A stretch of 64,000 nucleotides of DNA from assembly GCA_022709755.1 (NCBI GenBank), contig JAKLIF010000001.1:318661-382660 (forward strand), given 5' to 3'. The notes under the pieces were generated by a model. The model was not told where the DNA came from. It saw only the letters and a list, made by a program, of their open reading frames with translations, and ran no database searches. The stretch comes from Elusimicrobiota bacterium (GTDB lineage Bacteria; Elusimicrobiota; Elusimicrobia; FEN-1173; JAKLIF01). The position numbers and the translations under genes are program-made. How positions within the stretch are numbered: the stretch's first letter is position 1; every line of letters starts with the position of its first letter. Below are positions 52,793-61,590 of this stretch, piece by piece.

Positions 52793-55078
52793 TCAATGTG
52801 GGTCGGCGGAATTTTTAAAAGCGGCCTTTTCGTTGTGCACCTGCTGCATCTCCACCAACGAAATGAGGAACGCCAGGGTGGACTCGGCCCCCTGGTTTTG
52901 GTTCACGCGGTCCACGTGCAACCCATCCCGGCAACCGCCGGTATTGGCATCGTAGAGGAACAGACCTAGATCATTGCGGCCCAAAAACCAGTCGAAGGCG
53001 CGGCGCGCTTGGCCGAACCAGTAATCGTCCGAAGTGCAGCGATAGGCCTCCAAACAGGCGGACACCATGGTCTGGGCTTCGATGGGCTGCTGGTCAAAAT
53101 TGGCCCTCTCTCCGCCACGCTTAAAAAAACCATTGGAACCGACGGGCCGAAGATAGCCTCCCTCGGCGGTCTGGATTTTTGTGAGCCAGCGCAACGTTTT
53201 TAATCCTGTCTCAAGCACGTCCGCGCGGGAGGTCCAGCGCCCGCTTAAAATCAGCGCGTGGCAAAGCACGGCGTTCATATAGGTCACCGAATCTTCAAAC
53301 CAGGGCCACTCCGGCGTGGCGGTGCGGGAGTAGAGCCCCATCAGCAAATCGGTCAGTGCTTCACGGGCTTGGTTCACCTGCCGGTCTCCATTCAACCGCC
53401 GCAAATATTCATGGGTGCCGATCAAAGCCAGGGCCCAGGCCCGAGGCGAACTGAAACCCGTGACCGGAGACAGCGCCTGGGCGAAAATCTGCCCGGCCAT
53501 GGTTTGAAAACCCGGGTTCTTGGATCGGCCCACGCAGGTCCCCAGGGCCAACAGGGCGCGGCCGCAACAGTCCTCCGATATGGTCTCGTCTTTCCAGGAT
53601 CGATCGAATTTCATGAAATTGCGGAACCGGTTCAACGAAGGGTCGAAAGCATATTGAAGGAAAGCGGCGTAGACAGTGGCGACGTTTATCAGATGGGGCG
53701 AGTCTTCCCCCAGTTCTTCCAGCAGCACCGTCAACGCCAGGGCCCGGGCGTTGTCGTCGGTACAATAGCCGGTGGAAAAGTTCGGCACAGCCACAATGGC
53801 GTGCTGAAAAATGCCGGTCGAATCGGTCATGCGGTAAAGGTGATCGAGCCTCATATCCGGAAGCTCGGTGAGCTGTTTATCCAGAGTCTTCATCGTGAAA
53901 AGCTTCCGGGTCAGGCCGGCACGCTGGTTCCGCGCGTTCTCAAAAGCCTGCATGTAGGAACAGGCCACGTTCCCCCACACCATGTCCCGTCCCATTTTGT
54001 AGGCGTTCTTCCGCATGATGTTCCGACGTACGTCATCCGTCAACAACCCTATCACCGCCCGGGCAATGGCGTCCGGGTCGCCGAAGGGGACCAATACGCC
54101 TCGGTTGTCGGCCAAAAGCTCTTGAGCATACCAGTAGGGCGTGGACACCACGGCTTTACCCGCTCCGAAACAATAGGCCAGGGTTCCCGAAGTGATTTGT
54201 GTCTCGTTCAAATAGGGGGTAATGTAGATATCCGCGGCGCCGATAAATTCCTTCAATTCAGCCAGCTCTACGAAACGATTGTAAAAGATTACGTTCTTCT
54301 GAACGCCGTTTTTTTCGGCCAACAATTCCAAACCCAAACGATACGATTCCCCTTGTTCACGCAGAAGGTTCGGGTGTGTGGCGCCCAAAACGATGTAAAC
54401 AACATCGGGGTGCGTCGCCACGATCTTGGGCAGGGCATTGAGCACATTTTCAATACCCTTGTTCGGGGAGAGCAAGCCGAAGGTCAGAAGAACCTGTTTG
54501 CCCTCCGCGCCGAAAAGATCTTTATAAAAATTGGAGTCCACGAAAGAGGTTTCCGGAATGCCGTGGGGGATGATGTCGATCTTATCCGCAGGCGCCTTAT
54601 ACACATCCTGCAGGAACCCCGCACCTTTTTGCGACATCACCACCAGCCGGGTGGAGAGGTGGATCAGTTCTTTCATCACGCGCTTTTGATCGGCGTTGGG
54701 ATCCTTCAGCACGGTGTGCAACGTGGTCACGACGGGAATATCCACTTCCCGTAGCAGGGCCAGGAGGTGCCCGCCGGCCACCCCCCCGTAAATGCCGTAT
54801 TCGTGTTGGACGCAAACCACATCCACATCGTTGATGCCCAAAAAATCCGCGGCACGGCGGTAGGAAGACAGGTTCTGCTCCTCAATCTCAAAGCGCACAT
54901 CCGACGGATAGTCGTATCCACCCTCCACGTCGTTGACGGGCACGGCAAAACACTGTACTTGGGGAAACTGAGTTGCCACGGAGGTGCACAGATCCGTGGT
55001 AAAGGTGGCAATACCGCAGAGGCGAGGAAGATAGTTCCCCACAAAAGCGACCTTTCGGATTTCGGAACGGGACATCAT
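52793..55078 (-). CDS. Two-domain protein: N-terminal GT4 glycosyltransferase (~400 aa) fused to a C-terminal (alpha/alpha)6-barrel glycoside-hydrolase-like domain (~350 aa)
   Basis: GT4 part: KVAFVGNYLPRLCGIATFTTDL...VVCVQHEYGIYGG..., GATHPN..., YCFGAGKAVVSTPYWYAQELLADNRGVLVPFGD (E-x7-E region). C-terminal part, ...IFQHAIVAVPNFSTGYCTDDNARALALTVLLEE... to ...ESTLAFLISLVEM, is helical-repeat, six-hairpin-like. Confidence 0.75.
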   Translation of the reverse strand: MMSRSEIRKVAFVGNYLPRLCGIATFTTDLCTSVATQFPQVQCFAVPVNDVEGGYDYPSDVRFEIEEQNLSSYRRAADFLGINDVDVVCVQHEYGIYGGVAGGHLLALLREVDIPVVTTLHTVLKDPNADQKRVMKELIHLSTRLVVMSQKGAGFLQDVYKAPADKIDIIPHGIPETSFVDSNFYKDLFGAEGKQVLLTFGLLSPNKGIENVLNALPKIVATHPDVVYIVLGATHPNLLREQGESYRLGLELLAEKNGVQKNVIFYNRFVELAELKEFIGAADIYITPYLNETQITSGTLAYCFGAGKAVVSTPYWYAQELLADNRGVLVPFGDPDAIARAVIGLLTDDVRRNIMRKNAYKMGRDMVWGNVACSYMQAFENARNQRAGLTRKLFTMKTLDKQLTELPDMRLDHLYRMTDSTGIFQHAIVAVPNFSTGYCTDDNARALALTVLLEELGEDSPHLINVATVYAAFLQYAFDPSLNRFRNFMKFDRSWKDETISEDCCGRALLALGTCVGRSKNPGFQTMAGQIFAQALSPVTGFSSPRAWALALIGTHEYLRRLNGDRQVNQAREALTDLLMGLYSRTATPEWPWFEDSVTYMNAVLCHALILSGRWTSRADVLETGLKTLRWLTKIQTAEGGYLRPVGSNGFFKRGGERANFDQQPIEAQTMVSACLEAYRCTSDDYWFGQARRAFDWFLGRNDLGLFLYDANTGGCRDGLHVDRVNQNQGAESTLAFLISLVEMQQVHNEKAAFKNSADPH

Positions 55079-55302
55079 CGCGCCGGAGCTTTCATATCAC
55101 TATTGTGCCTTATCGAGGGTGTAAGAGGAAACATATTTTTCCGGAAGTGAAATGTGCCATAAAATAAATCGTAAGCCCCAGACGGCCTCACGATGTTATC
55201 CCAAGTTGTTGTTCTATCTTATAATTCAGGTAGATGTGTTTAGCTAGTTTGACACTCGTCGTAGGCGGTAGGTTACTTAAATTCTCTATGACTTTAACAG
55301 AT

Positions 55303-55351
55303 ACTAAAAACACGAGGTCTGCTCCGCTATAAAAACGGAACAAACCTCGTC
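55303..55351 (-). terminator. Putative rho-independent terminator downstream of the PLD-family gene
   Basis: Minus-strand RNA ACGAGGU-uuguuCCGuuuuuauagCGGagcag-ACCUCGU (7-bp outer stem, 4-bp inner stem), followed by GUUUUUAG. Confidence 0.4.
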
Positions 55352-55401
55352 AAATTGCCGGATGGGTCAGGGGGATTTGAACCTTCTTTTTACAGATCCC
55401 G

Positions 55402-56613
55402 TCAGTATTCTTCTCCGACCTTCGGGGGGGCGTATTCCGTGTCGACATCGACGGGGTAGGAGTATTCGCTGTTCCACATGTTGTCAAAAAACGATTGGGC
55501 CTCCCGAGCGATGAGGCCATCTTCAACGACCACCCCGGCGTTCCGAGATTTGTAAAAATAATCTTTCTCCCAGTTATTGGAACCGATCCAGACGATCTTC
55601 CCATCCACGGTCATGTATTTGCAGTGCGACACCCTCGCGTGGGGGATGAATCCGGCCGAATATTCCGGAATGGTGCACATCTTCACTTCGATATTGGGAA
55701 AAAGAGAAAGGATCTTCAGGTCGTCGATCTTGGGAGGTTTCTTGCACCAATCCGAGCACAACAACCTCACCTTGACACCTCTTTTCGCCGCCCGCTGAAG
55801 GGCATCATCCAATTCTTTGAACCTGCCCTTGGTCGAATACGTCAAAACCTGCACGTTCACCTCCGAAACGGCCCCATCGATCAACCGCCTCAGAACGGGT
55901 TCGTCCCAGCCGTTGGCGTTGGGCAGATAACCCTTGGGACTGAACACCGGCGTCACCGGAACGACGCGGTCCCCCATATCCAGGGAGATGGTCGTCGGCA
56001 GAACGACGGTCTCTTCGGTGTAACCCATCCGGCCGAATGAGGCGGCTCGCCAATCACGCTCGAAAAGCCGCGTCATCTGGGCGGCCAACGCCTCGTTCTT
56101 GATCCGGATGCCGAGTTCCTGGATGTGCTTGATGGACCGCCAATCGAAGTTCTGGCTCCCGAGGAACACATCTTTCCCGTCGACGATGATATATTTGGCG
56201 TGCATGACCCCGCCACCGATCTCCTGGAAATTGATCTCCCGGTAATTGATGTTCTTGAGCAGTCCCAACGACGCCAGGGGTTCCGGATAGGTCTTGCGGA
56301 GAAGACTATCGATCAGCAACCGGACCTGCACCCCCCGTTCGGCAGCCGCGCGGATCCCGTCCAGGACCGCTTCAAGGGGTTCTCCGGGTTCCGACGTGAG
56401 ATAGAAGATGCCGATGTTCAGGGTCTGTGTCGCCGAAGCGATCATGTCGAGCCAGACCACGTCCGTATTGCGGATGTTCTCCAGATCCAGCGTCGTCTCC
56501 ACCGGCACGCTCTCGACCAACTCGATGAAAGCCGGTTCCTCGGCCCTCAAGGAGCGGGAAAAAACGACGCTCAGGAGGAGCGCCGGCAGTATTGTGATAT
56601 ATCTCCGAGTCAA
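55402..56613 (-). CDS. Secreted phospholipase D-family protein (two HKD motifs)
   Basis: Signal peptide MTRRYITILPALLLSVVFSRSLRA. HKD motifs HAKYIIVDGKDVFLGSQNFD and HCKYMTVDGKIVWIGSNNW. Confidence 0.85.
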   Translation of the reverse strand: MTRRYITILPALLLSVVFSRSLRAEEPAFIELVESVPVETTLDLENIRNTDVVWLDMIASATQTLNIGIFYLTSEPGEPLEAVLDGIRAAAERGVQVRLLIDSLLRKTYPEPLASLGLLKNINYREINFQEIGGGVMHAKYIIVDGKDVFLGSQNFDWRSIKHIQELGIRIKNEALAAQMTRLFERDWRAASFGRMGYTEETVVLPTTISLDMGDRVVPVTPVFSPKGYLPNANGWDEPVLRRLIDGAVSEVNVQVLTYSTKGRFKELDDALQRAAKRGVKVRLLCSDWCKKPPKIDDLKILSLFPNIEVKMCTIPEYSAGFIPHARVSHCKYMTVDGKIVWIGSNNWEKDYFYKSRNAGVVVEDGLIAREAQSFFDNMWNSEYSYPVDVDTEYAPPKVGEEY

Positions 56614-56623
56614 ATTTTTCCCC

Positions 56624-57061
56624 TCACGCGGAGAGCCGCTTCATCTTAAGGAAGGCGGGCCGTGCGAACAGCGCCTTCTGCCCGTGCAGTTGTTCGGAGA
56701 AACCGAACCGCTTGAAGATGTTCTCCCGATCCGTAATGGCAAGGACTTCATACACGCGCTTTTTCTTCGCCTCGCGCAGACATCGGTCCACAAGACCGCT
56801 CGCGATCCCGCGGCCGCGATACCTGTCATGGACCGCCAATGACCGGATCTCCGCCAATTTCCGGTTATAAGTCTCCAGTGCACAACAAGCCACCACGTCT
56901 TCATTCTCTTCCGCGACCCAGAAATGGTGGATCAGCCCTTTGATCTCGGCCTTGGATCGTTTCAGAATCTTCCCGCTTTTCTTCGCCAAGCGGATCAACT
57001 CATGGATGCGAGTCACGTCACGTTCCTGGGCCTTTCGAATAACGATCTTTCCGCTCATCAT
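56624..57061 (-). CDS. GNAT-family N-acetyltransferase
   Basis: Probable start MMSGKIVIRKAQERDVTRIHELI... Acetyl-CoA motif LAVHDRYRGRGIASGLV. ATGA overlap with the upstream gene. Confidence 0.75.
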   Translation of the reverse strand: MMSGKIVIRKAQERDVTRIHELIRLAKKSGKILKRSKAEIKGLIHHFWVAEENEDVVACCALETYNRKLAEIRSLAVHDRYRGRGIASGLVDRCLREAKKKRVYEVLAITDRENIFKRFGFSEQLHGQKALFARPAFLKMKRLSA

Positions 57062-57063
57062 GT

Positions 57064-58995
57064 CTATCGGGTCCCCCTTTCTATTTCGGACAATCTTTTC
57101 ACGTAATGAGATGACTGTTTCATAAAAGCGTCTTTCCTGGCGAGAGGCACATTCTTTTCCGGGGGCAGTTTTAAAGTCATGAAGTTCACATAACTCCCGT
57201 TCTTTCTCACGCGGAAATCCAGGTGGGGGCCCGTAGACCAACCCGTCGAGCCCACGTAACCGATGACCTGCCCCTGACGGACCTTGCTGCCTCGTTGGAG
57301 TCCTTTCGCATATCGGGACAGGTGGCCATAACAGGTGGTATAGGATGAGTTATGCCGGACCTCGATGTAGTTCCCGTAGGCCCCTTTCCTCCCCCGATAG
57401 ATGACTGTGCCGTCACCCACGCTCACAACGGGAGTGCCCGTCGGGGCCGCATAATCGATGGCCAGATGGGGACGGAAATAACGGAGGATGGGATGGAAGC
57501 GCCGACGGCTGAACCGGGACGTTATCCGGCGAAAAGCCAAGGGGGCTTTCAAGAAAGCCCGGCGGTGGGCTTCCCCTTTGGTGTCGTAATAATCGCCTTC
57601 GAAATGGATGCCGACCTGTTTTCCGGTCTGGCGGCCCTCGTAAGAAGCGGCCCGGATGCGCCGTTCCACGATCCGTCCGGTGGGTGTCAGATGGTCTTCC
57701 CACAAGAGAGCGAACCGGTCGCCCGCCCGGGGGTCCACGTTGAAATCGATCTCCCAGGCGAACACGTCGGCAAAAGCCGCGATCACGTCCGGGTCCACCC
57801 CTTGAGTCACCATGGAATTCCAGAGGGAATCGCTGAGCGTGCCGGCGGCCGTTTTTTCCTTGACCGTGAGATCCACCGGACGCGACTGGGCCATATAGGC
57901 GCCGGTCGTGGAGAGAGACACGATGAAATCTTTCACGCCCTGAGTGACGATGAACTCCAAGACTTCCCCCCCGGTGGACTGGATGATCCGGTAATGATCG
58001 TCGGCGCGGAGCCGCCGGAGGTTCAGAATGCGTGACAGTTCCCGGGTTAAGACGGCCTGCTCGTCCCTCTTCACCGAGACGCCGTCCATCACAGCCGCCA
58101 GCGTGCCCCCGCGGGCGAACGTGCCCGTGGTCACCACGATCTGGGACGAGTCGTAGCCTTCGAACTCGACGGCGGAGTCATCCCCCCGGAAAGACCGCCA
58201 GAGCCCGATCGCCGCCAACAAAACGACGAGGAGCGCCGCGGCCAGACCGATCTTGGCCTTCAAAGTCCAGAATCCGGGGGGAGTTTCAGGTCCGTTCATG
58301 TTTTTCAATATAGCATGCTTATTCCAATAACACCATCCCCGAGAAGCAACCATCACTTCCTGCTGGGCGCTACAGATCGTCTTCTCCGTGAACCCACCGG
58401 CATCCAAGAAACGGCGGACCTCACCCATCTGACGATGGAATGAATCATGGCTTTTTCCCTCCAAGCTATGACACCGATTGACCATCTCCATCCCTCTGTC
58501 TGTAAAATCACTCAAGATAATCTTGCCGTGATCCTTCAACACGCGGATCAACTCTTGAGCCACAGCCCGGGGATGTTCCAAGTGGTGGATCACATTCACA
58601 GACACCACGACATCAATCGATCCGGTCGGGAATGGCAGGCGTTCGGCGTCCGCCAGGATGAAATCGGCCCGATGGTCACACCCGTAATAGGCCAAGTTCA
58701 TCCGTGCGATGGATTGATCGACGGCATTCACATCCACGCTGGAAAAACGGTGCCCGTTCCGGGCCAGAGTGAGAGAAAAATGTCCCTTCCCGGTCCCGAT
58801 CTCGACGAGAACCCCACTCAACGGGAGGCATTGCCTGTAGATGAAATCCCGCTCCGCGATGAAATCACACCCGTTGCCGTCGTAAAATTCGAGCCGTTGG
58901 AGGAATGCCGCGTGGTTATCCGACACACCGGCGGCGAGAAACCGGGCCGGTGGAGCCGCCAACCACGGATGTTTTCGTTGAATTTCGGAAACCAC
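57064..58995 (-). CDS. Fusion protein: N-terminal class I SAM-dependent methyltransferase, central TM helix, C-terminal M23/LytM peptidase domain with an HxH->HxD variant
   Basis: MTase motifs VLVEIGTGKGHFSLTLARNG (motif I), IDVVVSVNVIHHLEHP (II), LKDHGKIILSDF (III). TM helix KIGLAAALLVVLLAAIGLW. M23 motifs HLAIDYAAPTGTPV (HxxxD) and GYVGSTGWSTGPHLDFRV (expected HLHF). A single uninterrupted 643-codon ORF. Confidence 0.7.
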   Translation of the reverse strand: MVSEIQRKHPWLAAPPARFLAAGVSDNHAAFLQRLEFYDGNGCDFIAERDFIYRQCLPLSGVLVEIGTGKGHFSLTLARNGHRFSSVDVNAVDQSIARMNLAYYGCDHRADFILADAERLPFPTGSIDVVVSVNVIHHLEHPRAVAQELIRVLKDHGKIILSDFTDRGMEMVNRCHSLEGKSHDSFHRQMGEVRRFLDAGGFTEKTICSAQQEVMVASRGWCYWNKHAILKNMNGPETPPGFWTLKAKIGLAAALLVVLLAAIGLWRSFRGDDSAVEFEGYDSSQIVVTTGTFARGGTLAAVMDGVSVKRDEQAVLTRELSRILNLRRLRADDHYRIIQSTGGEVLEFIVTQGVKDFIVSLSTTGAYMAQSRPVDLTVKEKTAAGTLSDSLWNSMVTQGVDPDVIAAFADVFAWEIDFNVDPRAGDRFALLWEDHLTPTGRIVERRIRAASYEGRQTGKQVGIHFEGDYYDTKGEAHRRAFLKAPLAFRRITSRFSRRRFHPILRYFRPHLAIDYAAPTGTPVVSVGDGTVIYRGRKGAYGNYIEVRHNSSYTTCYGHLSRYAKGLQRGSKVRQGQVIGYVGSTGWSTGPHLDFRVRKNGSYVNFMTLKLPPEKNVPLARKDAFMKQSSHYVKRLSEIERGTR

Positions 58996-59001
58996 GTTAT
59001 T

Positions 59002-59841
59002 TCAGAAGGAATAAACGGCGCCGGCGAGACCCTGAACACAGCGCGTGCCGAAACGTTCTTTTAAGAACGCCGTTCCGGAATCACCGGTACAGTGACAGGG
59101 GATGATTAACGACGGTGCAACCGCGTCGAGCGCCTGTGCCGCGACAGACAACTGTTCGTGAGACGCCCGGGACAAGTGCAACCCGCCGACGATCGCCTTG
59201 ACCGGGCTCTTATTCGTCAATTCCGAAATATATCCCAACGTGTTCTCCAGCCCAGAATGGGCGCAACCGGTCACGACCACTATCCCATCCGCCATGTCGA
59301 TCCACATCGCCTGGTCGTCGACGATGAGATCCGGCCGGATACCGGCTTCGTCCAGAAACAGGAAGGGATCCATCACATGGTGGGCCAAACGGCGCGGGAT
59401 GGGACCCGTCACCCACACGCCGGACCGAACCAGGACCGGCTCCCTGCACCAGACTACCTGCCCGGACGATCGATGAACGGCACCCCGCGACGCCGGCGGC
59501 ATCCCGATGGATCTCATCGATCCTCGCCGGGAACTGAAACGATCAATCAGCGCGTCCGGATGAAGATGAAGAGGAAGAACCCCACGCGTCTCCACCAGCC
59601 CCGCCAACCCTCCGGAATGATCCGAGTGCCCATGGCTGATGACAGCCTGGGACACCTTTTTCAGATCCAATCCCAGGCGAGGCGCATTGTTGACCAGGGC
59701 CGGACCCGCCCCTGTATCGAACAGGATGACGTCATCGTCCGCCTCGATCCAAAGGGACAATCCATGCTCTGTCCAGATCGCCCCAGAGACGGCATTATTG
59801 TCCGTCAGGACGCGGATGGTCAGATTCTTCACACCATCCAT
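59002..59841 (-). CDS. MBL-fold metallo-hydrolase
   Basis: HGHSDHSGG zinc-binding motif, ...DTGAGPALV..., ...VVTGCAHSG.... Start probably MDGVKNLTIRV (the longer ORF overlaps the NifX-like gene). Confidence 0.75.
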   Translation of the reverse strand: MDGVKNLTIRVLTDNNAVSGAIWTEHGLSLWIEADDDVILFDTGAGPALVNNAPRLGLDLKKVSQAVISHGHSDHSGGLAGLVETRGVLPLHLHPDALIDRFSSRRGSMRSIGMPPASRGAVHRSSGQVVWCREPVLVRSGVWVTGPIPRRLAHHVMDPFLFLDEAGIRPDLIVDDQAMWIDMADGIVVVTGCAHSGLENTLGYISELTNKSPVKAIVGGLHLSRASHEQLSVAAQALDAVAPSLIIPCHCTGDSGTAFLKERFGTRCVQGLAGAVYSF

Positions 59842-59863
59842 ATTGGCCTCTCTCCCCGAGTTC

Positions 59864-60226
59864 TCAATGGGAACATTCATGACCCTCCACGTGGTCACAA
59901 ACATTCAGCCCGGACTGGAGCGACCCGTTCAGGTAACACCGGACAATTTCCTCGGGAGTGTCCGACGGAGCGCCGAGAACCACTCGAATGGAATATTGAG
60001 CGAACAGTTCCTGGGCGTGACCGCCCATCCCCCCGGCAATAATCACATTCGCCCCCTGTTGAGCCAACCATGGCGGCAAGAGGCCCGGTTGGTGAGGAGG
60101 CGCCTTGATGTCGTCCCGCTTGAGTATCTTCTTCGCTGAAGTATCCACATCCAGGATTGCGAAAGATTCGCAATGCCCGAAATGGGCGGACAATTTTCCG
60201 GCAACGATAGGAATTGCTATTTTCAT
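59864..60226 (-). CDS. NifX/NafY/NifB-C-like (dinitrogenase Fe-Mo cofactor-binding domain) small protein
   Basis: MKIAIPIVAGKLSAHFGHCESFAILDVD...ANVIIAGGMGGHAQELFAQYSIRVV; 120 aa, typical of this domain family. Confidence 0.7.
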   Translation of the reverse strand: MKIAIPIVAGKLSAHFGHCESFAILDVDTSAKKILKRDDIKAPPHQPGLLPPWLAQQGANVIIAGGMGGHAQELFAQYSIRVVLGAPSDTPEEIVRCYLNGSLQSGLNVCDHVEGHECSH

Positions 60227-60321
60227 TGACTCCTCCTTTTGATTTCAAAACTCCCCTGCTCTAATGATACGTCCCCACAAACAAACCTTTTCTCTTTCCC
60301 TGACCGGGCCCGAGAGGACCC

Positions 60322-61590
60322 CTAAACGGACCCCCACATCTTTTTCAACGCGACCACCAGCGAATCGATGTCCGACCGATCGTTATAGACGTAGAAACTG
60401 ACCCGACAAGTGCCGGGAACCCCATAACGCGCCATCAACAATGGGGAACAGTGGTTTCCCACGCGAATGGCAATTCCTTCCCGATCCGCCATGGCACCGA
60501 CATCGCGGGAATCGACACCCTGGAGATTGAACGACACCACCCCTCCCCTGAGAGGGGTCTCGCTGACACCATACAACGAGATTCCGGGGACTTCGCCGAG
60601 AGCATGAAGCGCATACTGTGTCATCTCGATCTCATGCCGACGAACGTTCTCCATTCCTAAGGTCTCCAGATAATCGAGCGCCGCCCCAAAAGCCACGATG
60701 CCGGCGATGTTCGGTGTGCCCGCTTCGTATTTATGAGGAAGAACGTTCCAGGTCGCCCGGTCAGGCCATACATCCTTGATCATGTCCCCTCCGCCAAGGA
60801 ATGGAGGCATGGACTCCAATATCTCCCGCCGGCCCCACAGAACCCCAACACCCGTGGGTCCCAGCATCTTATGAGCCGAGAAGGAGAGAAAATCGCACCC
60901 GAGATCCTTCACATCCACCGGAAAGTGGGGCACCGACTGCGCTCCGTCCACCATGCAGAGCGCGCCGACGGCGTGAGCCCTCCGCGCGATTTCCCTGACC
61001 GGGTTGATCGTGCCGACAGCATTCGACATCTGAGTGACCGACACCAACCGCGTCCTCTCGGACAGCAACCGGTCGATATTCGACAGATCCAGCGTTTCCG
61101 TTTTAAGATCGACCGGGATAAAACGAAGCCGGGCCTCCGTTCTCTGGGCCAGGATCTGCCAGGGGATCAGATTGGCATTGTGTTCCATCTCGGAGATGAG
61201 GATCTCATGGCCCGGTTTCAGATTCGCAAGACCCCAGGCGTATGAAACCAGGTTGAACCCCTCCGTGGCGTTCCGAGTAAATATGATTTCGGCGGAATCG
61301 TCGACCCCGATGAAACGCGCCACCTTCCGCCGCGACGATTCCATCAGATCCGTGGCCGTCTTGGAAAGTTCATAGGGGCCCCGATGGACGTTCGCATAAC
61401 TCTCCCGATAAAAATCATCGGCCGCGCGAATGACACACGATGGTTTCTGCGTGGAAGAAGCGTTATCCAGATAGACCAACCGTTTTCCCTGGACCGGCCG
61501 GCCCAGGATGGGGAAATCACGGCGGACCGATTCAGTATCGATGGAGGGGGCTTCCCTCTCGGGGGCCGTCATCGCCGGGTCTCCGCGCAC
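60322..61590 (-). CDS. sufS: Cysteine desulfurase (SufS/class V aminotransferase family)
   Basis: ...YLDNASSTQKP...; PLP-Lys motif SFSAHKMLGPTGVGVL; active-site GNHCSPLL (Cys persulfide loop). 422 aa. Confidence 0.9.
   Translation of the reverse strand: MRGDPAMTAPEREAPSIDTESVRRDFPILGRPVQGKRLVYLDNASSTQKPSCVIRAADDFYRESYANVHRGPYELSKTATDLMESSRRKVARFIGVDDSAEIIFTRNATEGFNLVSYAWGLANLKPGHEILISEMEHNANLIPWQILAQRTEARLRFIPVDLKTETLDLSNIDRLLSERTRLVSVTQMSNAVGTINPVREIARRAHAVGALCMVDGAQSVPHFPVDVKDLGCDFLSFSAHKMLGPTGVGVLWGRREILESMPPFLGGGDMIKDVWPDRATWNVLPHKYEAGTPNIAGIVAFGAALDYLETLGMENVRRHEIEMTQYALHALGEVPGISLYGVSETPLRGGVVSFNLQGVDSRDVGAMADREGIAIRVGNHCSPLLMARYGVPGTCRVSFYVYNDRSDIDSLVVALKKMWGSV

Noticed and set aside
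55355-55385. GGGGGATTTGAACC motif (reverse complement GGTTCAAATCCCCC) resembling a tRNA/tmRNA T-arm, in the GT4 gene upstream region
   Set aside because: Flanking sequence does not form a T-stem or acceptor stem (AGAAGG vs CCCCCT are not complementary). It is an isolated T-loop-like hexamer, judged to be a chance match.
57064-58995. Considered splitting the 643-aa ORF into separate methyltransferase and M23-peptidase genes
   Set aside because: There is no in-frame stop between the two domains, and a plausible TM helix links them. Kept as a fusion, but flagged for sequence verification.
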